A stretch of DNA of 64,000 nt. Source: Candidatus Omnitrophus magneticus (GTDB taxonomy: Bacteria; Omnitrophota; Gorgyraeia; Tantalellales; Tantalellaceae). A program made the translations under genes and the position numbers. Shown here piece after piece: positions 7,990 through 18,400 of the stretch. The notes under the pieces are model-generated. The model saw nothing but the letters and a program-made list of their open reading frames with translations. It was not told where the DNA came from and made no database searches. The stretch covers positions 20,424 through 84,423 of the forward strand of contig JYNY01000232.1 of assembly GCA_000954095.1 (NCBI GenBank), read 5' to 3'. The stretch's first letter is position 1. Each line of letters opens with the position of its first letter.

Positions 7990-10602
7990 TTAAGCCGCGA
8001 TTAATGCCTGTCTCGCTTGGATATTATATTGTTCAATAATATCCTCAGAAACTTTCAAACTAGAAGGTAAAACCATAACAATATAACGGATAGTTTTTAA
8101 AATGTCTTGTGCCGCGCCATTAAGCAAAAGTTCTGTGTCGAAAATATTTTCATACTGATCTTTCACAAATTTCAGTATAGGAACATAAACTGAATTTATT
8201 TCATCTTCTTTAACGTCTAACGGAATACTCGCTGTCGCTAAAACTATATTTAACATGCCTACCATTTTAAGTAAATACCCTTCTAAGCTACCGGTATTGC
8301 CTACTCCTTGAATTGTCAAATTTATCTCTCCATACCCGAACTCACGCCCGTTCTCCCGAGTCTCAACAGCTATTAAAAAATTCCTACCGCCCTTATTAGA
8401 TGAAAATGGCATAGCCTTAATACACGCGCCTGTTTTCTCATTAAACATACGGCTGTATTCTTTTATTATTTCTATCTGCCCCTCGTTTAATCTGGATTCA
8501 TCATATCTTATCGTGTATTCCAATATTTTTTTAGACAGCACAGGATACAGCAAATCAAACCTCAAAAGGCGCTCAAAATTAATATCATTGCTAACACTAG
8601 TATCTATTTTATTTATTGCCTGTTTTCCTTTTTTTGAAACGACAATCAGGGTTGCCGCTTGTTTAAAAATTTTTTTCCATAAAACGCGGCCGTCATTATC
8701 TCTAATTTGTCTTAAAATAAATTCATATACTTCTTCATTTCTTCGAGCTGTGTCCCATAATAAAATATCAGCAATACTAGCCACATGTTCTTTATAAGCC
8801 AAAACAACACTTTCGCATGTGTTTGCAATCAAAACCGCTTTTTTATTTTCACTCAGAAGGGTTATTGCTTTTGAAATAATTTTTAACGATTTAGAAACTA
8901 TTAAATTTAATTCTCTTAAGCTATATCCGGCCTCGAGACTCGGCGCTATTTCATTTTTCTTTAAATATATTCCCCTTAAAGACGCGACTCCTGACATAAT
9001 AATTAAATCATATTTTTGAAAATCAGAAATATTATTGGCATCACCCTTATAAATTTTTACATTATTTTTTACTAAAATATCTCGGACAGAATTTTTATAC
9101 GACGGCTCGACGTCAATTCCGGTAAGCGCGCACCCGGCTTCTTTTGCCACACTGTATAACGCCGCTAAAAAAACACAATCTCCCGCGCCTATTTCTAAAA
9201 TGCTTTTAATATTATTTTCCTTTAAAGCCTTTGCCAGCGCGCAGTGAATATCCTGAGTCCCGTCAAAAAACCTCGCCCCAAGATTTGAAAAAATCCGCGC
9301 CAAAATTTCTTTATAACCGTCATGCGCCGCGTTTACGTTTAAAAGTTTATTCGATTCAAGAAACTTCCCGGAAGCTATATACATTTTTTCAAATTCTACG
9401 GCGCGGCGTGTCTCTAAAAAATCCATATTTGTCTCATTTTTAATATGACCTTTTTCTTTGCCGCGAATTTTATTTATTTTTAAAACAAGTTCTCCATTTT
9501 CTTTTATTACAGCTAAATCATACTTTTCTATATCCGAAAAATTAATATCTTCTTCAATAATCTCAACATTATTATTTTCCAATAAATAGTCAACGCCATT
9601 GCTATCCATGACATCACTATCTTCATTACTAACACACATAATTTTACCGCCGGCCTTTTTTAACGCGCCAGCGATACTGCATAAAAAATAAACATCTTCT
9701 CCTTCCATTTGAAAAATACTTTTTATGTTATTTTTTTTGAAGGCCTCGACTAAAGACATTTCCAATTCATAAACTTGGGTAAAATCCTGCATATTTAAAT
9801 GATAAAAAAGTTCCGCTAAAATTTTCTTGTATTCAATGGGAATATCAATACTATTAGATTTTTGCTGAATATAAATAAACTTTTCGGCAAGCTGATACAT
9901 CGCCCGCATTTTTTCAGGTTCAAAATTATTCTCCTTCAAATTTTCTTCCAGCGCGCCGCTACTTTTTTCTTTTAGCGGACTTAATTCTTTTTTTCGCGCA
10001 AAAAGAATTGCTTCATTCAAAGTTTTATGAGAACTAAATATATTTAAAAAATCAGGGTATTTTTGCTTTATAGTTTCTATAATTTTTTCATATGTTTCAT
10101 TCGGCATTTTGGAAATCAACTTTTCACGCTTAAAAAGAAAAACGCGTAACGCGTTCACCAAAATACCGTCAATATAATTGTTATCATCCGAACGAACGTT
10201 TAACTCTTTATTCAAAGATATTTTTTCCCGCGCGATTTTCTTAATTTTTTTCACAATATCTTTTTCCGCTAATTTTAAAAAAAATTTTATATCCTCTCTC
10301 CAAACACCCCGGAGAAGCCGTACTTTATCATCAAAAAGTTCCGAAGAAACTAAATGCGTAGCTTGTCCTGAAAAAAGCCGCACACAATCGGTATTACTTT
10401 TTTTTAAAAAATATTTTTCTTCATCCGTAAGAGCGAATCTAATGATATTACCTTGTTTTAAAAAAGTTGTGATTATATCTACTTTAACAGGCGGGTTATG
10501 TGATGCTGGAAAAATTCCTAGGCTGTAAGAACAAATTTCAAACAAAAAAATAAAAATAATAAATAATGAAATGCTTTTTTTAAAGTTAAAATTAAAAAAC
10601 AT
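7990..10602 (-). CDS. Large membrane-anchored protein with tandem methyltransferase-fold modules (first degenerate) and a shared C-terminal domain
   Basis: The track start at 10611 is TTG; the first ATG is at 10600-10602. It has an N-terminal hydrophobic segment (SISLFIIFIFLFEICSYSLGIF). KENNIKSILEIGAGDCVFLAALY...GIDVEP is SAM-MTase motif I (nt ~9170-9205). It is preceded by a paralogous copy, KKNNIKSIFQMEGEDVYFLCSIA (nt ~9685-9718), that lacks the GxGxG. Confidence 0.7.
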   Translation of the reverse strand: MFFNFNFKKSISLFIIFIFLFEICSYSLGIFPASHNPPVKVDIITTFLKQGNIIRFALTDEEKYFLKKSNTDCVRLFSGQATHLVSSELFDDKVRLLRGVWREDIKFFLKLAEKDIVKKIKKIAREKISLNKELNVRSDDNNYIDGILVNALRVFLFKREKLISKMPNETYEKIIETIKQKYPDFLNIFSSHKTLNEAILFARKKELSPLKEKSSGALEENLKENNFEPEKMRAMYQLAEKFIYIQQKSNSIDIPIEYKKILAELFYHLNMQDFTQVYELEMSLVEAFKKNNIKSIFQMEGEDVYFLCSIAGALKKAGGKIMCVSNEDSDVMDSNGVDYLLENNNVEIIEEDINFSDIEKYDLAVIKENGELVLKINKIRGKEKGHIKNETNMDFLETRRAVEFEKMYIASGKFLESNKLLNVNAAHDGYKEILARIFSNLGARFFDGTQDIHCALAKALKENNIKSILEIGAGDCVFLAALYSVAKEAGCALTGIDVEPSYKNSVRDILVKNNVKIYKGDANNISDFQKYDLIIMSGVASLRGIYLKKNEIAPSLEAGYSLRELNLIVSKSLKIISKAITLLSENKKAVLIANTCESVVLAYKEHVASIADILLWDTARRNEEVYEFILRQIRDNDGRVLWKKIFKQAATLIVVSKKGKQAINKIDTSVSNDINFERLLRFDLLYPVLSKKILEYTIRYDESRLNEGQIEIIKEYSRMFNEKTGACIKAMPFSSNKGGRNFLIAVETRENGREFGYGEINLTIQGVGNTGSLEGYLLKMVGMLNIVLATASIPLDVKEDEINSVYVPILKFVKDQYENIFDTELLLNGAAQDILKTIRYIVMVLPSSLKVSEDIIEQYNIQARQALIAA

Positions 10603-10834
10603 ATAACTCAAACCTTATATTATCCTCCCTTATCAAATATTTTAAAAATTATACACTATTTAACTTTAAAAATCAAATAAATTTTAAATTTGCATTAGTA
10701 TTTTTAAAAGCTATAATTTGTCATAAATAAATGTAATTACTAAGCGGATGATAATGAGTTCATCGTGTAAGAAGTAATATTTTTTTATTGCAAAATATTT
10801 TTAAAAAAAATCTTGAGATATAAATTATTTGGGT

Positions 10835-10923
10835 CGCCTAGTTCAAGCTACTAATGCAAAAAATATTAGTTTATAATAAATATTTTTTACCCTTTATTCT
10901 AAAATTGTTATAAACTTTTGATA
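10835..10923 (+). repeat. Intergenic repeat family 4, copy 2 (upstream of era)
   Basis: Aligns with copy 1 over ~89 bp, including the tail AAAATTGTTATAAA.TTTTGATA. Confidence 0.9.
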
Positions 10924-11031
10924 CTCAAAAATTAAAAGGAGCTCTATGCGTATCAAAAACAAATAGAACGAATATTATCTATTATACGCGCTACGCGACT
11001 ATCTTTTATCCTTCGCCTTAAAAAAGATTTA

Positions 11032-11040
11032 TGCTATAAT
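11032..11040 (+). promoter_or_regulatory. Extended -10 element (TGCTATAAT) ending 6 nt before the era ATG
   Basis: TGCTATAAT at 11032-11040, ATG at 11047. The intervening CCCGCC has no Shine-Dalgarno sequence. Sequence pattern only. Confidence 0.3.
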
Positions 11041-11046
11041 CCCGCC

Positions 11047-11943
11047 ATGACAAAATCAGGATTCGTATCAATAATAGGTCAACCGAACGTAGGCAAATCA
11101 ACACTTTTAAACAGCCTTGTTCATGAAAAAATAGCTATAATAAGTCATAAGCCTGAAACAACAAGGGATAGCATAAAAGGCATCCTTACAAAAGAAAACT
11201 GTCAAATTGTATTCATTGATACGCCGGGAATACACAAACCGCATGACCTTTTGGGAAAACTCATGGTTAATCAGGCATCCGCATCTATCCTTGACGGCGA
11301 TGTTGTTCTTTTTCTAACTGAAAAAAAAATAGCGCTTAATAAAGATGACTTGCAGATAATTGCCAAACTTCCTAACCCTAAAAACAATCAAAAAATTTTT
11401 CTTATCATAAATAAAGTCGATAAAATAAAAGATAAAACATTACTCTTACCTTTATTGGCTAAAGCCGCTGAAATATACCCCTTTGACGAGATAATACCAT
11501 TATGCGCGCTTAATAAAAATGATGTGGAAAAATTAACTCTTATTTTAGAAAAACATATGCCTGAAAATCCCTTCTTTTATCCTGAAGATTACATAACTGA
11601 TAAAGATAACCGTTTTATGATTCAAGAAATAATACGGGAAAAAATTTTAGGAGCGACACACGAAGAAATACCTCATTCCACGGCGGTTTTTATAGAGGAA
11701 ATGTCTGAGGACAAAGAAAAAAATCTTATAGATATACACGCTGTTATTTATGTTGAACGGCTGTCGCAAAAATCAATAGTAATTGGGAAATATGGATTAA
11801 AACTGAAAGAAATAGGCCAATTAGCGCGTATTGATATAGAAAAATTATTATCCCGCCGCGTCTACTTAAATCTGTGGGTCAAGGTATATGAAAAGTGGAA
11901 AAAAGATCCCCGCGCATTACAAGAAATGGGATATACCGAATAA
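11047..11943 (+). CDS. era: GTPase Era
   Basis: 298 aa with G1 GQPNVGKST, G3 DTPG and G4 NKVD, plus a C-terminal KH domain region (VIGKYGLKLKEIG). Confidence 0.95.
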   Translation: MTKSGFVSIIGQPNVGKSTLLNSLVHEKIAIISHKPETTRDSIKGILTKENCQIVFIDTPGIHKPHDLLGKLMVNQASASILDGDVVLFLTEKKIALNKDDLQIIAKLPNPKNNQKIFLIINKVDKIKDKTLLLPLLAKAAEIYPFDEIIPLCALNKNDVEKLTLILEKHMPENPFFYPEDYITDKDNRFMIQEIIREKILGATHEEIPHSTAVFIEEMSEDKEKNLIDIHAVIYVERLSQKSIVIGKYGLKLKEIGQLARIDIEKLLSRRVYLNLWVKVYEKWKKDPRALQEMGYTE

Positions 11944-12019
11944 CCTCCTTCTCCTACACCAGCCCAAGAAATACGTATTCACTAAGCGCTTGATAATTGT
12001 CCCAGTCATTCTCGTTTTC

Positions 12020-12050
12020 CATTCTGTCATTCCTGCGCAAGCAGGAATCC
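12020..12050 (+). repeat. Hairpin repeat family 1, variant with compensatory stem change
   Basis: CATTCTGTCATTCCTGC-GCAA-GCAGGAATCC. The C:G pair of the consensus stem is replaced by T:A, and the loop changes from GAAA to GCAA. Confidence 0.9.
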
Positions 12051-12299
12051 ATACAGGTGGGATAAGATTTCAGAAAAATAATTTTTTAAAATCTAAAATA
12101 GAGATTAGATTTCTAATCGAGACTTCCATGGATTTCGGATATTTGCCTACGGCAAATTCCGAAATGACAGTTTGTTAGCTGTGAGACACTCATGGATTCA
12201 CGCTTTGCGAAGAAATGGTAAGATGGGGGCAAAAGGACACATAAAAGTTTATTACTAACCGCTTAGTGATTACAGAAATACAAACAATAACACTAAACC

Positions 12300-12367
12300 C
12301 GCCTAGTTCAAATTAAGAATGCAAAAAATATTAATTTATAATAAATATTTCGCACCTTTTATTTTAA
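12300..12367 (+). repeat. Intergenic repeat family 4, copy 3
   Basis: CGCCTAGTTCAAATTAAGAATGCAAAAAATATTAATTTATAATAAATATTTCGCACCTTTTATTTTAA. Confidence 0.85.
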
Positions 12368-12445
12368 CCGAAAAACTGTAGTTCCCAGTGACAAATAACG
12401 CGAATCTCTTCAGCTAAAAATCTTAAAAAATGATAGAATATAATT

Positions 12446-15400
12446 TTATAACGATTCCAATACCGCGGCTTCCGCCTGAATATATTCTTTTATCTCACCA
12501 TAATTTATTCGCTGAATTTTCATAAAAATATTTCCTTTAATCAACGCGTCCAACAATTTTTTTGTGTCATAAGAATTAAACGAGCTAGGAGATTCTACTA
12601 ATTGTAAAAATAAACTCTGTATCTCTTTCCCCATTACACTGCCCAATTCACCGTTTCTTTCACTCTCGGACATTCGTGAAAAATCCGCTATTCCTATACC
12701 TAAACTAGAAAGAGCTACTATTGAAAACTTATTATTCATATTTTCGGTTAAAAAATTTCCCGGCACCATTGCCGCCATTTTGCTGACAGTTTCTCGCTCT
12801 CTTGCTACTTCTCCTGCTAAAGTTTTATATTTTTCCATACGCTCATTAAATTCGCGCGAAATCCTGCCGTCAATATCCACTTCACTATTAGCAAAAACAA
12901 GTATTCTCGCGTTATCATTTTCTTTAAAATTTTTTCGGGATGTAACGTCTTCAATTTTTTTATTCATTTCATGAACTGATAAAAAATATATTTTAAGATT
13001 CGCGCCGTATTCTCTGCTTATATACCTAGCGGTTTTATTGTTTACCTTCACATATTCCGCGCCGTTAAACAACTCGTCATTTGTATCAGCCTCTACAAAA
13101 ATATATGTAGGCGCATTATTAGGCCTTACAAGAGACAACACATCCCTGCACGATTTTGCCACATCCGATACTTTATCTTTTGACATCTCAATCAATCGAC
13201 TATTAACTAATTCAGGAAAAACACTGCGTAATACATTATCAGTAAAAAATTTATTAAAAGCATTACGTGTTTCTTTATCTTGACCAGCGAAACTTTTTAC
13301 AGCGAAATCAATATCTCTTTTATTTTGTTCTGATTGAAATTCAGGTGTAATACCATTTTCACCTGTAAGCGCCTTTGAAATAAACCGGGATAATCCAATT
13401 TTAATGATAATATTCCGCGCGTTTTTCTCATTATCCCCTTTAAATCTATCAATCAATATTTTATTTATTCCTATAAATCCATGAGACGCACGGTCCACAA
13501 AAAGGCTATAAGATTCATCAACAAGGCCTATAACCAAATTTTTAGGGATATTATCAATATTTCCCCGCGCGTCTTTTATTGCTTGCTCCATCAAATCTTT
13601 TATTGTATCGGGCGCTATTTCAAGTTCCGAAGAAAGGTATAAATTTACACTTCGCCCAAAAATATCCATGCTAACTTCCCTAATCCCTATATCTTTCGCG
13701 ATTTTCACAAAACCTTCATTATCCTTTATATTGAATATAATTTCGTTCCCGAATTCCGCGTCTTCTTTATTCGCCTTATAATCATTTTTATTAAGTTCCA
13801 TCGCATTAGCTAAAGACACTCTTAGATACAATTCATTATTAATCTCTTTTAAATTCACAATTTTATTAAAGTCTTCTTCTGTAATACCCGCGAAATCCCT
13901 TCTTGAAGAAAGGTCAAGACCCGGCTTCTTCGTTGCGCTAGGCATATTTTTTATTCTTTCATCTTCTTTTAAAATTTCTTCTTTAACCTGCGCTGGAGTT
14001 AAATACCGGCCTTCAGCATCTTTTAAATTATAATTTTTTATAAGCGCCTCTAAATTTAAAAATGGATTATTTATCTCATACCCATAAAAACCCCGCAGTA
14101 AATCAGTATTAGATTCCAACATTTCTAAAAAAAATTTTATTCCTTTGGCTAAATAAACTACCTTCTGACTCGATGGTATCTCTTCTTTTTCACTGCCTGC
14201 CTGTACGTCATTCATAACCTCAAAAGATATTTGTTTTTTACCATCAATAATGCTTATTTTACCATTACAAATTACGCCTGTTTTGCCATTCTCAGGCGTA
14301 AATTCTTTCATAAATAATCCTGAACCATGATCGTCCATTTTGCTCTCCGCTAGAATAAATCTAGGCATAAACCTCCACATTTTTAATCTCAAAGAATCAA
14401 AACCTATTACAAAATTCAAAGAATCATTTTCTTTTAAATTATTTATTTTATATTCATTTATATTTCTTTCATCTCTTGTGATATTTTCCGGTGTCGCGGG
14501 CCGAGGCTTCTTACCTTTCTTCTTTTCTATTTTTTCCCTCTCAGTTGACGTGCGATACTCATAATCATATATTTCATTGTCTTTATATCTCGATGTTTCT
14601 CCAACATTCGAATTCATAAAAATATACAATTCATTAATCTCCGCGGCCTTTACGACCAGTTCCAACTTCATAATCTCTTTTAATTGCTCTATCTCATTTG
14701 TCTCATTAATCTTTGACACAATACCTTTTTCCCTCATTATTTTCGATATCGAGTTTCCGTAAAGAACAAACTTCGAGTGATACTCTTTATTGTATTTTTC
14801 AATAGCTTTAGAAATATTATCATGCACATCTGAAATAATTTTAGATCCCTTAAAAATATTTAAAAAATCAGAATTTCTCTCTAACATTTGCTTAAAATCT
14901 TTACCTGCCTTTAAAAGAGCAAAATATGATTCCACCGGTAAATATCCCGCGGAATTAAATTTTTCAGCCGGTTTAAAAATAATTACCGTTTCATTCCCGA
15001 TTCTTTTTATAAACCCTTCGGCTAAATGAGAAATTCCATCTGTTTCATCACCTTCGGCATGCAATGAAGAAAAATCACGGCTACTCTCTCCCGCGTTAAA
15101 ATAAGGCACGGCCGTATCACCAACTCTAAAATCGCCAATCGTGAATTTTAATACATCTCCATCTTGCAATTGCTCCATACGATTTTCTAATTCTTTTATA
15201 CCTGACAAAATAATCCCTTCTTTAACCTCCTTAAGAGTAAATTCTTTTTTTATAATATCTTTTTGTTTTTTAGCATACTCTTCCGCTACTTTTTCGATAA
15301 CACTTATCATGCTGTCATAAGAATTTATTTTGGATAAATCATCCTGAGATATTTTTGAAAAAATAATCGGCTCTCTACCTTTAGCTATTTCGCCAGTTTT

Positions 15401-18400
15401 CCCGTCTATACTATAAAAAACATTCATTCGCGCGCCGATAAGCCTAGTATAAATATCTTCTTTTTGAAGTTCCGTGTAATCTTTTTTAGTAAACTCTTCC
15501 CAATTTATTTCTTGATATCCTTTAACAAGTCCTGCTTTTCCCAGCACATTTCCCTTACTATCCAAATAGCCGAGTTTCACTAAATCTCCCCATAATCCAT
15601 CATAATCCGCGCAAGACTCCCTCGAAATAGTAATAGATTCATTCGCTTTAACAAGATATCCATTTTTATTCACAAGAATATCCGTGGCCACTACTGCCGG
15701 TTTTTTTAATTTTCTCGCGACATTAGCGGCGTGACTAGTTGTGCCTCCTGAAAGAAAAATCACACCGCTAGCTAACTCAATGGCAGACATATCGCCTTTT
15801 TCAGTTTCCTCCATTACCAAAATAAACGGCCTTGGATTATCCGCCGTATCATTCATTTTTTCCCTGCTTCTTAACTCTCTAAGAGCGTTAGAGGACATCA
15901 CTAATTCTCCGCTTACAGCGCCGTTAGAAGCGGGCTTCCCCTGACTGAGAAGTATTTGCCTGTATAACTCGCTATCCTTTAGCGGCATTTTTAATGATGA
16001 TTTTTGAAATGTCTCCAAATACGGTTTTGCGGTTTCATACGCCTTCTCTTTCAAAATCTTTATTTTCTCATTTTTTATAGCATCCGAAACAGCCCTGTCT
16101 TCTTTGATTTTATTAATCTTTTCTAAAGTTAAATCTCTTATAAATTTAATTCCCATATCTCCATCAACCTGCATATTACGTGTCTGCAGAATATATAATT
16201 TCCCGTTTTCAACAGTAAACTCTATATCCTGCGGAAAACCATAATATTCTTCCAATACTTTCGCGTATTTAGAAAGTTCCCCGGCAATTTCGCCGAAATC
16301 TTTTTCTAAATCATTCCAATTTTTTCCTTCTTCTAATCCTGAAACAAGCTCTTCTCCTAATGATCTTGCCCAATTAGCCTCAAATACATTTTCACCTGAA
16401 GTGCTATTACGGGTATTTAAAATACCTGAAAAAGAATTTTTTGTATCTATTTCCAAACCCGATTGTTTAGATAAATAATCTATAACGTCTTGTTTAACAT
16501 CCCCCGCTTCATGTATGATATTTCCCTTTTCATTCCTTACGTCTTTTGTATATTTAGGAACACTCGCGTATCGCATTATTTGGATATTAACAGCTGTTCC
16601 TAGATTATCCGGCACTAAAAATCCGCTAGTCCTTCTTCCGGATTTCGCGTCAATACTATCCCATGAACGAAATACCGCTTCAACCGCGGATATCAAAGAC
16701 TTTTCATCATATATGTCTAGAATTGTATCCATTGCTCCGGGCATGGATAACGGCGCTCCGCTTCTAACTGAAACAGGCCGGCTGTTATTCTGTTCGCGTA
16801 ATTTTTTAAAAAATTCCAATATACTATTTTTTAAATCTTTAAGCTCATCAGAGTCATTCAATAGTAACGGCATATTTTTTTGTATTTCTTCTTTTTCTTG
16901 TTCACTAAGCGCCATGCCTTGTTTCTTCTCGCGTTTTTCTACTTCTTCTGAAAAACGCTCATTCCATACCTTATACCATTTTCTAAAAGCGTTTGTAGTT
17001 ATAATAAAGGCATCAGGAACCGGAAGGCCTTTTTGATGTTTCATATCAAGAAGTCCGGCGCCTTTCCCCCCTAACGCGCCTAAAAATCTCTCACTCCCTT
17101 TAACCAATTTATTCAATTCATCTTTATTTGTTATATCTACTATATCCATATTTGAATCTAAAACATCAACATCTTTAAAATATGATAATCCCTTATCACC
17201 CGCGTAAAATTTAGAAATTACATTACTGCCGTAAGCATTCTTTAACGCCTTATAGAGATCGGAATTAGCCATCGCAAAAAGTTCAAAATCTTTACTAGAT
17301 TCAAATTGAGTTATCGCTATATTTTTACCTGAAAATTTTTCAGCTCCGCGGACAACAGTAAAAAAATCAACATTATCTGCTGAATAATCATAAAATATTG
17401 ATTTTAAGCCGTCCTCAAACCCTATGTTATCCTCGTTCTTTTTAGATACAAGTTCCAATAGCGCCAGTTGTTCAGATATTTTTTGTATTTTATTTTTATA
17501 TTTAGTGTTTACCGTCACCGCGCCGTTTTCTATTTTATACAAACTGCCGTTAGATTTATTATTTATGATATCCAATATACTTCCAACTTGCGGCGCGTTG
17601 CCTTTATAAAGAGATTTAATCCCCTCGGCAAATTCTACATTAAGCGCCCTAATAATATTTGAATGCATAGCGCCTTCTTTAGCCGGAGCGTATTCTATTA
17701 CTTCACCGGTTATTCTATCTTGAAAAATAACACTCTTTGATGGATTCTCTATTCTGACGGCACCCGTATTAATCGAATCCATTAGATTTTGAAACGCGGA
17801 TTCCATCCGTACTTTACTGGCATTTTCTTCTTCTGTAGGGGCATTCTTATCTTTAAACTGAAAATTAAAATTCGGATTCGCGCCGGATAAAGTCCCGTGT
17901 ATCCATTTCACGTTACTAGCCCCCGCTGACTCATAGAGCGGTGACTGTTGAATATTCTTCATTAATACGCTATGAAAAACCGTTGACGGGCCCATTGCTA
18001 TTTTTATAGTTTTAGAATTATCCTTACCTATAATTTCACATATAACAAAAGAAAAAACATCTCCGGCGGCGGCTTTAAGTTTTTCGCCTATTTGTTCCAT
18101 TGTAAGGAATGTGGGACTAGTATCATTTGACGTGTAAAAATCAAAAGATTCTCCTTTAAAAACGCTTTCAACATTATTTTTCTTTTCATGCAAAAAGGCG
18201 CTTTCATAAAGTATCGTTTTTATACTGCCGTCACTCATTTTAAAAGAAACATTAACTTTTCCATCCACGAGGTTTATATTCCCGACACTTTTTATATTCT
18301 CTATAACTTTATGTCCTTTTGCCTCTCCCGCTTTTAAAATTTCCTCCTGAATTAATTTATCCAATGCCTCAATCGCGGCCTTTCCGGCCTGAATAACACC

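Noticed and set aside
11888-12178. 96-aa plus-strand ORF overlapping the era 3' end
   Set aside because: It reads out of frame from era straight through the hairpin repeat and has no RBS.
16515-17036. 173-aa plus-strand ORF, and many similar 60-120-aa ORFs, inside the giant minus-strand gene
   Set aside because: They are antisense shadow ORFs within a CDS whose opposite-strand translation carries unambiguous PPDK motifs. Their translations are low-complexity Ser/Phe/Leu-rich sequences with no RBS.
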